Assembly (NCBI RefSeq): GCF_009914755.1
Contig: NC_060936.1
Strand: one strand, 5' to 3'
Length of the DNA stretch: 64,000 bases
Source: the human T2T-CHM13v2.0 reference genome, Homo sapiens
Below are positions 25,901 through 39,600 of this stretch, piece after piece. The position numbers and the translations under genes were made by a program. Under the pieces are notes generated by a model that saw nothing but the letters and a program-made list of their open reading frames with translations, ran no database searches and was not told where the DNA came from. Within the stretch, counting starts at the first letter, position 1, and each line of letters opens with the position of its first letter.

Positions 25901-28900
25901 TGAATTGAACGCACACATCACAAAGTAGTTTCTGAGAATGATTCTGTCTAGTTTTTATACGAAGATATTTCCTTTTCTATATTTGGCCTAAAAGCGCTTG
26001 AAATCTCCACCTGCAAATATCACAAAAAGAGGGTTTCACATCTGCTCTGTCTAAAGGACAGTTCACCTCTGTGAGTTGAATAGAGGCAACACAAAGAACT
26101 TACTCAGTATTCTTCTTTCTAGCGTTCTATGAAGAAATCCCGTTTCCAACGAAGGCCTCAAAGAGGTCAAATATCTGCTTGCAGACTTTACAGACAGAGT
26201 GTTTCCAAACTACTCTATGAAAAGAAAGCTTAAACTCCTTGAGTTGAACGCACACATCACAAAGTAGTTTCTGAGAATGATTCTGTCTAGTTTTTATACG
26301 ACGATGTTTCCTTTTCTACATTTGGTCTCAAAGCGATTGAAATCTCCAACTGGAAACTGCACAAATAGGCTGTTTCAAATCTGCTCTGTCTAAAGGAAGG
26401 TTCAGCTCTGTGAGTTGAATACACACACCACAAATAAGTTACTGAGAATTCTTCTGTCGAACATTACTTGAAGAAATCCCGTTTCCAACGAAGGCCTCAA
26501 AGAGGTCCAAATATCCACTTGCAGACATTACAAACAGAGTGTTTCCAAACTGCTCCATCAAAAGAAAGGTTAAACTCTGTGAGCTGAACACACACATCAA
26601 AAAGAAGTTTCTGTGAATGATTCTGTCTAGATTTTATAAGAAGATGTTTCCTTTTCTACCGTAGGCCTCAAAGCGCTTGAAATCTCCAGCTGCAAATTCC
26701 ACAAAAAGGGTGTTTAACATCTGCTCTTCTAAAGGAAAGTTCAACTCTATGAGTTGAATACACACAGCACAAAGAAGTTACTGAGACTTCTCCTATCAAA
26801 CATTATATGAAGAAATCCCGTTTCCAACGAAGGCCTCAAAGAGGTCCAAATATCTGCTTGCAGACTTTACAGACAGAGTGTTTCCAAACTGCTCCATCAA
26901 AAGAAAGGTTAAACTCCTTGAGTTGAACACACACATCACAAAGTAGTTTCTGTGAATGTTTCTGTCTAGTTTTTATACGAAGATGTTTCCTTTTCTACCT
27001 TTGGTCTCAAAGCGATTGAAATCTCCACATGGAAACCCCACAAAAAGAGTGTTTCAAATCTGCTCTTTCTGAAGGAAGGTTCAACTCTGTGAGTTGAATA
27101 CACACACCACAAATAAGTTACTGAGAATTCTTCTGTGTAACATTATATGAGGAAATCCCGTTTCCAACGAAGGCCTCAAAGAGGTCCAAATATCCACTTG
27201 CAGACTTTACAAAGACAGTGTCTCCAAACTCCTCCATCAAAAGAAAGGTTATACTCTGTGAATTGAACGCACACATCACAAAGTAGTTTCTGAGAATGAT
27301 TCTGTCTAGTTTTTATACGAAGATATTTCCTTTTCTACATTTGGCCTAAAAGCGCTTGAAATCTCCACCTGCAAATATCACAAAAAGAGGGTTTCACATC
27401 TGCTCTGTCTAAAGGACAGTTCACCTCTGTGAGTTGAATAGAGGCAACACAAAGAACTTACTCAGTATTCTTCTTTCTAGCGTTCTATGAAGAAATCCCG
27501 TTTCCAACGAAGGCCTCAAAGAGGTCAAATATCTGCTTGCAGACTTTACAGACAGAGTGTTTCCAAACTACTCTATGAAAAGAAAGCTTAAACTCCTTGA
27601 GTTGAACGCACACATCACAAAGTAGTTTCTGAGAATGATTCTGTCTAGTTTTTATACGAAGATGTTTCCCTTTCTACATTTGGTCTCAAAGCGATTGAAA
27701 TCTCCAACTGGAAACTGCACAAATAGGCTGTTTCAAATCTGCTCTGTCTAAAGGAAGGTTCAACTCTGTGAGTTGAATACACACACCACAAATAAGTTAC
27801 TGAGAATTCTTCTGTCGAACATTACAGGAAGAAATCCCGTTTCCAACGAAGGCCTCAAAGAGGTCCAAATATCCACTTGCAGACATTACAAACAGTGTGT
27901 TTCCCAACTGCTCCATCAAAAGAAAGGTTAAACTCTGTGAGCTGAACACACACATCAAAAAGAAGTTTCTGTGAATGATTCTGTCTAGATTTTATAAGAA
28001 GATGTTTCCTTTTCTACCGTAGGCCTCAAAGCGCTTGAAATCTCCAGCTGCAAATTCCACAAAAAGGGTGTTTAACATCTGCTCTTCTAAAGGAAAGTTC
28101 AACTCTATGAGTTGAATACACACAGCACAAAGAAGTTACTGAGACTTCTCCTATCAAACATTATATGAAGAAATCCCGTTTCCAACGAAGGCCTCAAAGA
28201 GGTCCAAATATCTGCTTGCAGACTTTACAGACAGAGTGTTTCCAAACTGCTCCATCAAAAGAAAGGTTAAACTCCTTGAGTTGAACACACACATCACAAA
28301 GTAGTTTCTGTGAATGATTCTGTCTAGTTTTTATACGAAGATGTTTCCTTTTCTACCTTTGGTCTCAAAGCGATTGAAATCTCCACAGGGAAACTCCACA
28401 AAAAGAGTGTTTCAAATCTGCTCTTTCTGAAGGAAGGTTCAACTCTGTGAGTTGAATACACACACCACAAATAAGTTACTGAGAATTCTTCTGTGTAACA
28501 TTATATGAGGAAATCCCATTTCCAACGAAGGCCTCAAAGAGGTCCAAATATCCACTTGCAGACTTTACAAAGACAGTGTCTCCAAACTCCTCCATCAAAA
28601 GAAAGGTTATACTCTGTGAATTGAACGCACACATCACAAAGTAGTTTCTGAGAATGATTCTGTCTAGTTTTTATACGAAGATATTTCCTTTTCTACATTT
28701 GGCCTAAAAGCGCTTGAAATCTCCACCTGCAAATATCACCAAAAGAGGGTTTCACATCTGCTCTGTCTAAAGGACAGTTCACCTCTGTGAGTTGAATAGA
28801 GGCAACACAAAGAACTTACTCAGTATTCTTCTTTCTAGCATTCTATGAAGAAATCCCGTTTCCAACGAAGGCCTCAAAGAGGTCCAAATATCTGCTTGCA

Positions 28901-31900
28901 GACTTTACAGACAGAGTTTTTCCAAACTGCTCCATCAAAAGAAAGGTTAAACTCCTTGAGTTGAACACACACATCACAAAGTAGTTTCTGTGAATGATTC
29001 TGTCTAGTTTTTATACGAAGATGTTTCCTTTTCTACCTTTGGTCTCAAAGCGATTGAAATCTCCACATGGAAACTCCACCAAAAGAGTGTTTCAAATCTG
29101 CTCTTTCTGAAGGAAGGTTCAACTCTGTGAGTTGAATACAGACACCACAAATAAGTTACTGAGAATTCTTCTGTGTAACATTATATGAGGAAATCCCGTT
29201 TCCAACGAAGGCCTCAAAGAGGTCCAAATATCCACTTGCAGACTTTACAAAGACAGTGTCTCCAAACTCCTCCATCAAAAGAAAGGTTATACTCTGTGAA
29301 TTGAACGCACACATCACAAAGTAGTTTCTGAGAATGATTCTGTCTAGTTTTTATACGAAGATATTTCCTTTTCTACATTTGGCCTAAAAGCGCTTGAAAT
29401 CTCCACCTGCAAATATCACAAAAAGAGGGTTTCACATCTGCTCTGTCTAAAGGACAGTTCACCTCTGTGAGTTGAATAGAGGCAACACAAAGAACTTACT
29501 CAGTATTCTTCTTTCTAGCGTTCTATGAAGAAATCCCGTTTCCAACGAAGGCCTCAAAGAGGTCAAATATCTGCTTGCAGACTTTACAGACAGAGTGTTT
29601 CCAAACTACTCTATGAAAAGAAAGCTTAAACTCCTTGAGTTGAACGCACACATCACAAAGTAGTTTTTGAGAATGATTCTGTCTAGTTTTTATACGAAGA
29701 TGTTTCCTTTTCTACATTTGGTCTCAAAGCGATTGAAATCTCCAACTGGAAACTGCACAAATAAGCTGTTTCAAATCTGCTCTGTCTAAAGGAAGGTTCA
29801 GCTCTGTGAGTTGAATACACACACCACAAATAAGTTACTGAGAATTCTTCTGTCGAACATTACAGGAAGAAATCCCGTTTCCAACGAAGGCCTCAAAGAG
29901 GTCCAAATATCGACTTGCGGACATTACAAACAGTGTGTTTCCCAACTGCTCCATCAAAAGAAAGGTTAAACTCTGTGAGCTGAACACACACATCAAAAAG
30001 AAGTTTCTGTGAATGATTCTGTCTAGATTTTATAAGAAGATGTTTCCTTTTCTACCGTAGGCCTCAAAGCGCTTGAAATCTCCAGCTGCAAATTCCACAA
30101 AAAGGGTGTTTAACATCTGCTCTTCTAAAGGAAAGTTCAACTCTATGAGTTGAATACACACAGCACAAAGAAGTTACTGAGACTTCTCCTATCAAACATT
30201 ATATGAAGAAATCCCGTTTCCAACGAAGGCCTCAAAGAGGTCCAAATATCTGCTTGCAGACTTTACAGACAGAGTGTTTCCAAACTGCTCCATCAAAAGA
30301 AAGGTTAAACTCCTTGAGTTGAACACACACATCACAAAGTAGTTTCTGTGAATGATTCTGTCTAGTTTTTATACGAAGATGTTTCCTTTTCTACCTTTGG
30401 TCTCAAAGCGATTGAAATCTCCACATGGAAACTCCACAAAAAGAGTGTTTCAAATCTGCTCTTTCTGAAGGAAGGTTCAACTCTGTGAGTTGAATACACA
30501 CACCACAAATAAGTTACTGAGAATTCTTCTGTGTAACATTATATGAGGAAATCCCGTTTCCAACGAAGGCCTCAAAGAGGTCCAAATATCCACTTGCAGA
30601 CTTTACAAAGACAGTGTCTCCAAACTCCTCCATCAAAAGAAAGGTTATACTCTGTGAATTGAACGCACACATCACAAAGTAGTTTCTGAGAATGATTCTG
30701 TCTAGTTTTTATACGAAGATATTTCCTTTTCTACATTTGGCCTAAAAGCGCTTGAAATCTCCACCTGCAAATATCACAAAAAGAGGGTTTCACATCTGCT
30801 CTGTCTAAAGGACAGTTCACCTCTGTGAGTTGAATAGAGGCAACACAAAGAACTTACTCAGTATTCTTCTTTCTAGCATTCTATGAAGAAATCCCGTTTC
30901 CAACGAAGGCCCCAAAGAGGTCCAAATATCTGCTTGCAGACTTTACAGACAGAGTGTTTCCAAACTGCTCCATCAAAAGAAAGGTTAAACTCCTTGAGTT
31001 GAACACACACATCACAAAGTATTTTCTGTGAATGATTCTGTCTAGTTTTTATAAGAAGATGTTTCCTTTTCTACCTTTGGTCTCAAAGCGATTGAAATCT
31101 CCACATGGAAACTCCACAAAAAGAGTGTTTCAAATCTGCTCTTTCTGAAGGAAGGTTCAATTCTGTGAGTTGAATACACACACCACAAATAAGTTACTGA
31201 GAATTCTTCTGTGTAACATTATATGAGGAAATCCCGTTTCCAACGAAGGCCTCAAAGAGGTCCAAATATCCACTTGCAGACTTTACAAAGACAGTGTCTC
31301 CAAACTCCTCCATCAAAAGAAAGGTTATACTCTGTGAATTGAACGCACACATCACAAAGTAGTTTCTGAGAATGATTCTGTCTAGTTTTTATACGAAGAT
31401 ATTTCCTTTTCTACATTTGGCCTAAAAGCGCTTGAAATCTCCACCTGCAAATATCACAAAAAGAGGGTTTCACATCTGCTCTGTCTAAAGGACAGTTCAC
31501 CTCTGTGAGTTGAATACAGGCAACACAAAGAACTTACTCAGTATTCTTCTTTCTAGCGTTCTATGAAGAAATCCCGTTTCCAACGAAGGCCTCAAAGAGG
31601 TCAAATATCTGCTTGCAGACTTTACAGACAGAGTGTTTCCAAACTACTCTATGAAAAGAAAGCTTAAACTCCTTGAGTTGAACGCACACATCACAAAGTA
31701 GTTTCTGAGAATGATTCTGTCTAGTTTTTATACGAAGATGTTTCCCTTTCTACATTTGGTCTCAAAGCGATTGAAATCTCCAACTGGAAACTGCACAAAT
31801 AGGGTGTTTCAAATCTGCTCTGTCTAAAGGAAGGTTCAACTCTGTGAGTTGAATACACACACCACAAATAAGTTACTGAGAATTCTTCTGTCGAACATTA

Positions 31901-33624
31901 CTTGAAGAAATCCCGTTTCCAACGAAGGCCTCAAAGAGGTCCAAATATCCACTTGCAGACATTACAAACAGTGTGTTTCCCAACTGCTCCATCAAAAGAA
32001 AGGTTAAACTCTGTGAGCTGAACACACACATCAAAAAGAAGTTTCTGTGAATGATTCTGTCTAGATTTTATAAGAAGATGTTTCCTTTTCTACCGTAGGC
32101 CTCAAAGCGCTTGAAATCTCCAGCTGCAAATTCCACAAAAAGGGTGTTTAACATCTGCTCTTCTAAAGGAAAGTTCAACTCTATGAGTTGAATACACACA
32201 GCACAAAGAAGTTACTGAGACTTCTCCTATCAAACATTATATGAAGAAATCCCGTTTCCAACGAAGGCCTCAAAGAGGTCCAAATATCTGCTTGCAGACT
32301 TTACAGACAGAGTGTTTCCAAACTGCTCCATCAAAAGAAAGGTTAAACTCCTTGAGTTGAACACACACATCACAAAGTAGTTTCTGTGAATGATTCTGTC
32401 TAGTTTTTATACGAAGATGTTTCCTTTTCTACCTTTGGTCTCAAAGCGATTGAAATCTCCACATGGAAACTCCACAAAAAGAGTGTTTCAAATCTGCTCT
32501 TTCTGAAGGAAGGTTCAACTCTGTGAGTTGAATACACACACCACAAATAAGTTACTGAGAATTCTTCTGTGTAACATTATATGAGGAAATCCCGTTTCCA
32601 ACGAAGGCCTCAAAGAGGTCCAAATATCCACTTGCAGACTTTACAAAGACAGTGTCTCCAAACTCCTCCATCAAAAGAAAGGTTATACTCTGTGAATTGA
32701 ACGCACACATCACAAAGTAGTTTCTGAGAATGATTCTGTCTAGTTTTTATACGAAGATATTTCCTTTTCTACATTTGGCCTAAAAGCGCTTGAAATCTCC
32801 ACCTGCAAATATCACAAAAAGAGGGTTTCACATCTGCTCTGTCTAAAGGACAGTTCACCTCTGTGAGTTGAATAGAGGCAACACAAAGAACTTATTCTGT
32901 ATTCTTCTTTCTAGCATTCTATGAAGAAATCCCGTTTCCAACAAAGGCCCCAAAGAGGTCCAAATATCTGCTTGCAGACTTTACAGACAGAGTTTTTCCA
33001 AACTGCTCCATCAAAAGAAAGGTTAAACTCCTTGAGTTGAACACACACATCACAAAGTAGTTTCTGAGAATGATTCTGTCTAGTTTTTATACGAAGATGT
33101 TTCCTTTTCTACCTTTGGTCTCAAAGCGATTGAAATCTCCACATGGAAACTCCACAAAAAGAGTGTTTCAAATCTGCTCTTTCTGAACGAAGGTTCAACT
33201 CTGTGAGTTGAATACACACACCACAAATAAGTTACTGAGAATTCTTCTGTGTAACATTATATGAGGAAATCCCGTTTCCAACGAAGGCCTCAAAGAGGTC
33301 CAAATATCCACTTGCAGACTTTACAAAGACAGTGTCTCCAAACTCCTCCATCAAAAGAAAGGTTATACTCTGTGAATTGAACGCACACATCACAAAGTAG
33401 TTTCTGAGAATGATTCTGTCTAGTTTTTATACGAAGATATTTCCTTTTCTACATTTGGCCTAAAAGCGCTTGAAATCTCCACCTGCAAATATCACAAAAA
33501 GAGGGTTTCACATCTGCTCTGTCTAAAGGACAGTTCACCTCTGTGAGTTGAATAGAGGCAACACAAAGAACTTACTCAGTATTCTTCTTTCTAGCGTTCT
33601 ATGAAGAAATCCCGTTTCCAACGA
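13926..33624 (-). repeat. Mixed 12-mer/8-mer HOR domain, 12-mer rich
   Basis: Unit starts are 13926, 15964, 18002 (12-mers); 20040, 21398, 22756 (8-mers); 24115 (12); 26153 (8); 27511, 29549, 31587 (12). Confidence 0.9.
22756..24114 (-). repeat. 8-mer beginning with a C/A hybrid dimer and lacking the HindIII site
   Basis: The first monomer is C'-type (ggcccc, gcctgcag, gagtttttcc, gtttctgtga). The second is A-type (tacatttgg, ccaactggaaactgcac, tgtcgaac). B, C and D follow. Confidence 0.92.
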
Positions 33625-36600
33625 AGGCCTCAAAGAGGTCAAATATCTGCTTGCAGACTTTACAGACAGAGTGTTTCCAAACTACTCTATGAAAAGAAAG
33701 CTTAAACTCCTTGAGTTGAACGCACACATCACAAAGTAGTTTCTGAGAATGATTCTGTCTAGTTTTTATACGAAGATGTTTCCTTTTCTACATTTGGTCT
33801 CAAAGCGATTGAAATCTCCAAGTGGAAACTGCACAAATAGGGTGTTTCAAATCTGCTGTGTCTAAAGGAAGGTTCAACTCTGTGAGTTGAATACACACAC
33901 CACAAATAAGTTACTGAGAATTCTTCTGTCGAACATTACTTGAAGAAATCCCGTTTCCAACGAAGGCCTCAAAGAGGTCCAAATATCCACTTGCAGACAT
34001 TACAAACAGAGTGTTTCCAAACTGCTCCATCAAAAGAAAGGTTAAACTCTGTGAGCTGAACACACACATCAAAAAGAAGTTTCTGTGAATGATTCTGTCT
34101 AGATTTTATAAGAAGATGTTTCCTTTTCTACCATAGGCCTCAAAGCGCTTGAAATCTCCAGCTGCAAATTCCACAAAAAGGGTGTTTAACATCTGCTCTT
34201 CTAAAGGAAAGTTCAACTCTATGAGTTGAATACACACAGCACAAAGAAGTTACTGAGACTTCTCCTATCAAACATTATATGAAGAAATCCCGTTTCCAAC
34301 GAAGGCCTCAAAGAGGTCCAAATATCTGCTTGCAGACTTTACAGACAGAGTGTTTCCAAACTGCTCCATCAAAAGAAAGGTTAAACTCCTTGAGTTGAAC
34401 ACACACATCACAAAGTAGTTTCTGTGAATGATTCTGTCTAGTTTTTATACGAAGATGTTTCCTTTTCTACCTTTGGTCTCAAAGCGATTGAAATCTCCAC
34501 ATGGAAACTCCACAAAAAGAGTGTTTCAAATCTGCTCTTTCTGAAGGAAGGTTCAACTCTGTGAGTTGAATACACACACCACAAATAAGTTACTGAGAAT
34601 TCTTCTGTGTAACATTATATGAGGAAATCCCGTTTCCAACGAAGGCCTCAAAGAGGTCCAAATATCCACTTGCAGACTTTACAAAGACAGTGTCTCCAAA
34701 CTCCTCCATCAAAAGAAAGGTTATACTCTGTGAATTGAACGCACACATCACAAAGTAGTTTCTGAGAATGATTCTGTCTAGTTTTTATACGAAGATATTT
34801 CCTTTTCTACATTTGGCCTAAAAGCGCTTGAAATCTCCACCTGCAAATATCACAAAAAGAGGGTTTCACATCTGCTCTGTCTAAAGGACAGTTCACCTCT
34901 GTGAGTTGAATAGAGGCAACACAAAGAACTTACCCAGTATTCTTCTTTCCAGCGTTCTCTGAAGAAATCCCGTTTCCAACGAAGGCCTCAAAGAGGTCCA
35001 AATATCTGCTTGCAGACTTTACAGACAGAGTGTTTCCAAACTACTCTATGAAAAGAAAGCTTAAACTCCTTGAGTTGAACGCACACATCACAAAGTAGTT
35101 TCTGAGAATGATTCTGTCTAGTTTTTATACGAAGATGTTTCCTTTTCTACATTTGGTCTCAAAGCGATTGAACTCTCCAACTGGAAACTGCACAAATAGG
35201 GTGTTTCAAATCTGCTCTGTCTAAAGGAAGGTTCAACTCTGTGAGTTGAATACACACACCACAAATAAGTTACTGAGAATTCTTCTGTCGAACATTACAG
35301 GAAGAAATCCCGTTTCCAACGAAGGCCTCAAAGAGGTCCAAATATCCACTTGCAGACATTACAAACAGTGTGTTTCCCAACTGCTCCATCAAAAGAAAGG
35401 TTAAACTCTGTGAGCTGAACACACACATCAAAAAGAAGTTTCTGTGAATGATTCTGTCTAGATTTTATAAGAAGATGTTTCCTTTTCTACCGTAGGCCTC
35501 AAAGCGCTTGAAATCTCCAGCTGCAAATTCCACAAAAAGGGTGTTTAACATCTGCTCTTCTAAAGGAAAGTTCAACTCTATGAGTTGAATACACACAGCA
35601 CAAAGAAGTTACTGAGACTTCTCCTATCAAACATTATATGAAGAAATCCCGTTTCCAACGAAGGCCTCAAAGAGGTCCAAATATCTGCTTGCAGACTTTA
35701 CAGACAGAATGTTTCCAAACTGCTCCATCAAAAGAAAGGTTAAACTCCTTGAGTTGAACACACACATCACAAAGTAGTTTCTGTGAATGATTCTGTCTAG
35801 TTTTTATACGAAGATGTTTCCTTTTCTACCTTTGGTCTCAAAGCGATTGAAATCTCCACATGGAAACTCCACAAAAAGAGTGTTTCAAATCTGCTCTTTC
35901 TGAAGGAAGGTTCAACTCTGTGAGTTGAATACACACACCACAAATAAGTTACTGAGAATTCTTCTGTGTAACATTACATGAGGAAATCCCGTTTCCAACG
36001 AAGGCCTCAAAGAGGTCCAAATATCCACTTGCAGACTTTACAAAGACAGTGTCTCCAAACTCCTCCATCAAAAGAAAGGTTATACTCTGTGAATTGAACG
36101 CACACATCACAAAGTAGTTTCTGAGAATGATTCTGTCTAGTTTTTATACGAAGATATTTCCTTTTCTACATTTGGCCTAAAAGCGCTTGAAATCTCCACC
36201 TGCAAATATCACAAAAAGAGGGTTTCACATCTGCTCTGTCTAAAGGACAGTTCACCTCTGTGAGTTGAATAGAGGCAACACAAAGAACTTACCCAGTATT
36301 CTTCTTTCCAGCGTTCTCTGAAGAAATCCCGTTTCCAACGAAGGCCTCAAAGAGGTCCAAATATCTGCTTGCAGACTTTACAGACAGAGTGTTTCCAAAC
36401 TACTCTATGAAAAGAAAGCTTAAACTCCTTGAGTTGAACGCACACATCACAAAGTAGTTTCTGAGAATGATTCTGTCTAGTTTTTATACGAAGATGTTTC
36501 CTTTTCTACATTTGGTCTCAAAGCGATTGAAATCTCCAACTGGAAACTGCACAAATAGGGTGTTTCAAATCTGCTCTGTCTAAAGGAAGGTTCAACTCTG

Positions 36601-39600
36601 TGAGTTGAATACACACACCACAAATAAGTTACTGAGAATTCTTCTGTCGAACATTACAGGAAGAAATCCCGTTTCCAACGAAGGCCTCAAAGAGGTCCAA
36701 ATATCCACTTGCAGACATTACAAACAGTGTGTTTCCCAACTGCTCCATCAAAAGAAAGGTTAAACTCTGTGAGCTGAACACACACATCAAAAAGAAGTTT
36801 CTGTGAATGATTCTGTCTAGATTTTATAAGAAGATGTTTCCTTTTCTACCGTAGGCCTCAAAGCGCTTGAAATCTCCAGCTGCAAATTCCACAAAAAGGG
36901 TGTTTAACATCTGCTCTTCTAAAGGAAAGTTCAACTCTATGAGTTGAATACACACAGCACAAAGAAGTTACTGAGACTTCTCCTATCAAACATTATATGA
37001 AGAAATCCCGTTTCCAACGAAGGCCTCAAAGAGGTCCAAATATCTGCTTGCAGACTTTACAGACAGAGTGTTTCCAAACTGCTCCATCAAAAGAAAGGTT
37101 AAACTCCTTGAGTTGAACACACACATCACAAAGTAGTTTCTGTGAATGATTCTGTCTAGTTTTTATACGAAGATGTTTCCTTTTCTACCTTTGGTCTCAA
37201 AGCGATTGAAATCTCCACATGGAAACTCCACAAAAAGAGTGTTTCAAATCTGCTCTTTCTGAAGGAAGGTTCAACTCTGTGAGTTGAATACACACACCAC
37301 AAATAAGTTACTGAGAATTCTTCTGTGTAACATTATATGAGGAAATCCCGTTTCCAACGAAGGCCTCAAAGAGGTCCAAATATCCACTTGCAGACTTTAC
37401 AAAGACAGTGTCTCCAAACTCCTCCATCAAAAGAAAGGTTATACTCTGTGAATTGAACGCACACATCACAAAGTAGTTTCTGAGAATGATTCTGTCTAGT
37501 TTTTATACGAAGATATTTCCTTTTCTACATTTGGCCTAAAAGCGCTTGAAATCTCCACCTGCAAATATCACAAAAAGAGGGTTTCACATCTGCTCTGTCT
37601 AAAGGACAGTTCACCTCTGTGAGTTGAATAGAGGCAACACAAAGAACTTACCCAGTATTCTTCTTTCTAGCGTTCTCTGAAGAAATCCCGTTTCCAACGA
37701 AGGCCTCAAAGAGGTCCAAATATCTGCTTGCAGACTTTACAGACAGAGTGTTTCCAAACTACTCTATGAAAAGAAAGCTTAAACTCCTTGAGTTGAACGC
37801 ACACATCACAAAGTAGTTTCTGAGAATGATTCTGTCTAGTTTTTATACGAAGATGTTTCCTTTTCTACATTTGGTCTCAAAGCGATTGAAATCTCCAACT
37901 GGAAACTGCACAAATAGGGTGTTTCAAATCTGCTCTGTCTAAAGGAAGGTTCAACTCTGTGAGTTGAATACACACACCACAAATAAGTTACTGAGAATTC
38001 TTCTGTCGAACATTACAGGAAGAAATCCCGTTTCCAACGAAGGCCTCAAAGAGGTCCAATTATCCACTTGCAGACATTACAAACAGTGTGTTTCCCAACT
38101 GCTCCATCAAAAGAAAGGTTAAACTCTGTGAGCTGAACACACACATCAAAAAGAAGTTTCTGTGAATGATTCTGTCTAGATTTTATAAGAAGATGTTTCC
38201 TTTTCTACCGTAGGCCTCAAAGCGCTTGAAATCTCCAGCTGCAAATTCCACAAAAATGGTGTTTAACATCTGCTCTTCTAAAGGAAAGTTCAACTCTATG
38301 AGTTGAATACACACAGCACAAAGAAGTTACTGAGACTTCTCCTATCAAACATTATATGAAGAAATCCCGTTTCCAACGAAGGCCTCAAAGAGGTCCAAAT
38401 ATCTGCTTGCAGACTTTACAGACAGAGTGTTTCCAAACTGCTCCATCAAAAGAAAGGTTAAACTCCTTGAGTTGAACACACACATCACAAAGTAGTTTCT
38501 GTGAATGATTCTGTCTAGTTTTTATACGAAGATGTTTCCTTTTCTACCTTTGGTCTCAAAGCGATTGAAATCTCCACATGGAAACTCCACAAAAAGAGTG
38601 TTTCAAATCTGCTCTTTCTGAAGGAAGGTTCAACTCTGTGAGTTGAATACACACACCACAAATAAGTTACTGAGAATTCTTCTGTGTAACATTATATGAG
38701 GAAATCCCGTTTCCAACGAAGGCCTCAAAGAGGTCCAAATATCCACTTGCAGACTTTACAAAGACAGTGTCTCCAAACTCCTCCATCAAAAGAAAGGTTA
38801 TACTCTGTGAATTGAACGCACACATCACAAAGTAGTTTCTGAGAATGATTCTGTCTAGTTTTTATACGAAGATATTTCCTTTTCTACATTTGGCCTAAAA
38901 GCGCTTGAAATCTCCACCTGCAAATATCACAAAAAGAGGGTTTCACATCTGCTCTGTCTAAAGGACAGTTCACCTCTGTGAGTTGAATAGAGGCAACACA
39001 AAGAACTTACCCAGTATTCTTCTTTCCAGCGTTCTCTGAAGAAATCCCGTTTCCAACGAAGGCCTCAAAGAGGTCCAAATATCTGCTTGCAGACTTTACA
39101 GACAGAGTGTTTCCAAACTACTCTATGAAAAGAAAGCTTAAACTCCTTGAGTTGAACGCACACATCACAAAGTAGTTTCTGAGAATGATTCTGTCTAGTT
39201 TTTATACGAAGATGTTTCCTTTTCTACATTTGGTCTCAAAGCGATTGAAATCTCCAACTGGAAACTGCACAAATAGGGTGTTTCAAATCTGCTCTGTCTA
39301 AAGGAAGGTTCAACTCTGTGAGTTGAATACACACACCACAAATAAGTTACTGAGAATTCTTCTGTCGAACATTACAGGAAGAAATCCCGTTTCCAACGAA
39401 GGCCTCAAAGAGGTCCAAATATCCACTTGCAGACATTACAAACAGTGTGTTTCCCAACTGCTCCATCAAAAGAAAGGTTAAACTCTGTGAGCTGAACACA
39501 CACATCAAAAAGAAGTTTCTGTGAATGATTCTGTCTAGATTTTATAAGAAGATGTTTCCTTTTCTACCGTAGGCCTCAAAGCGCTTGAAATCTCCAGCTG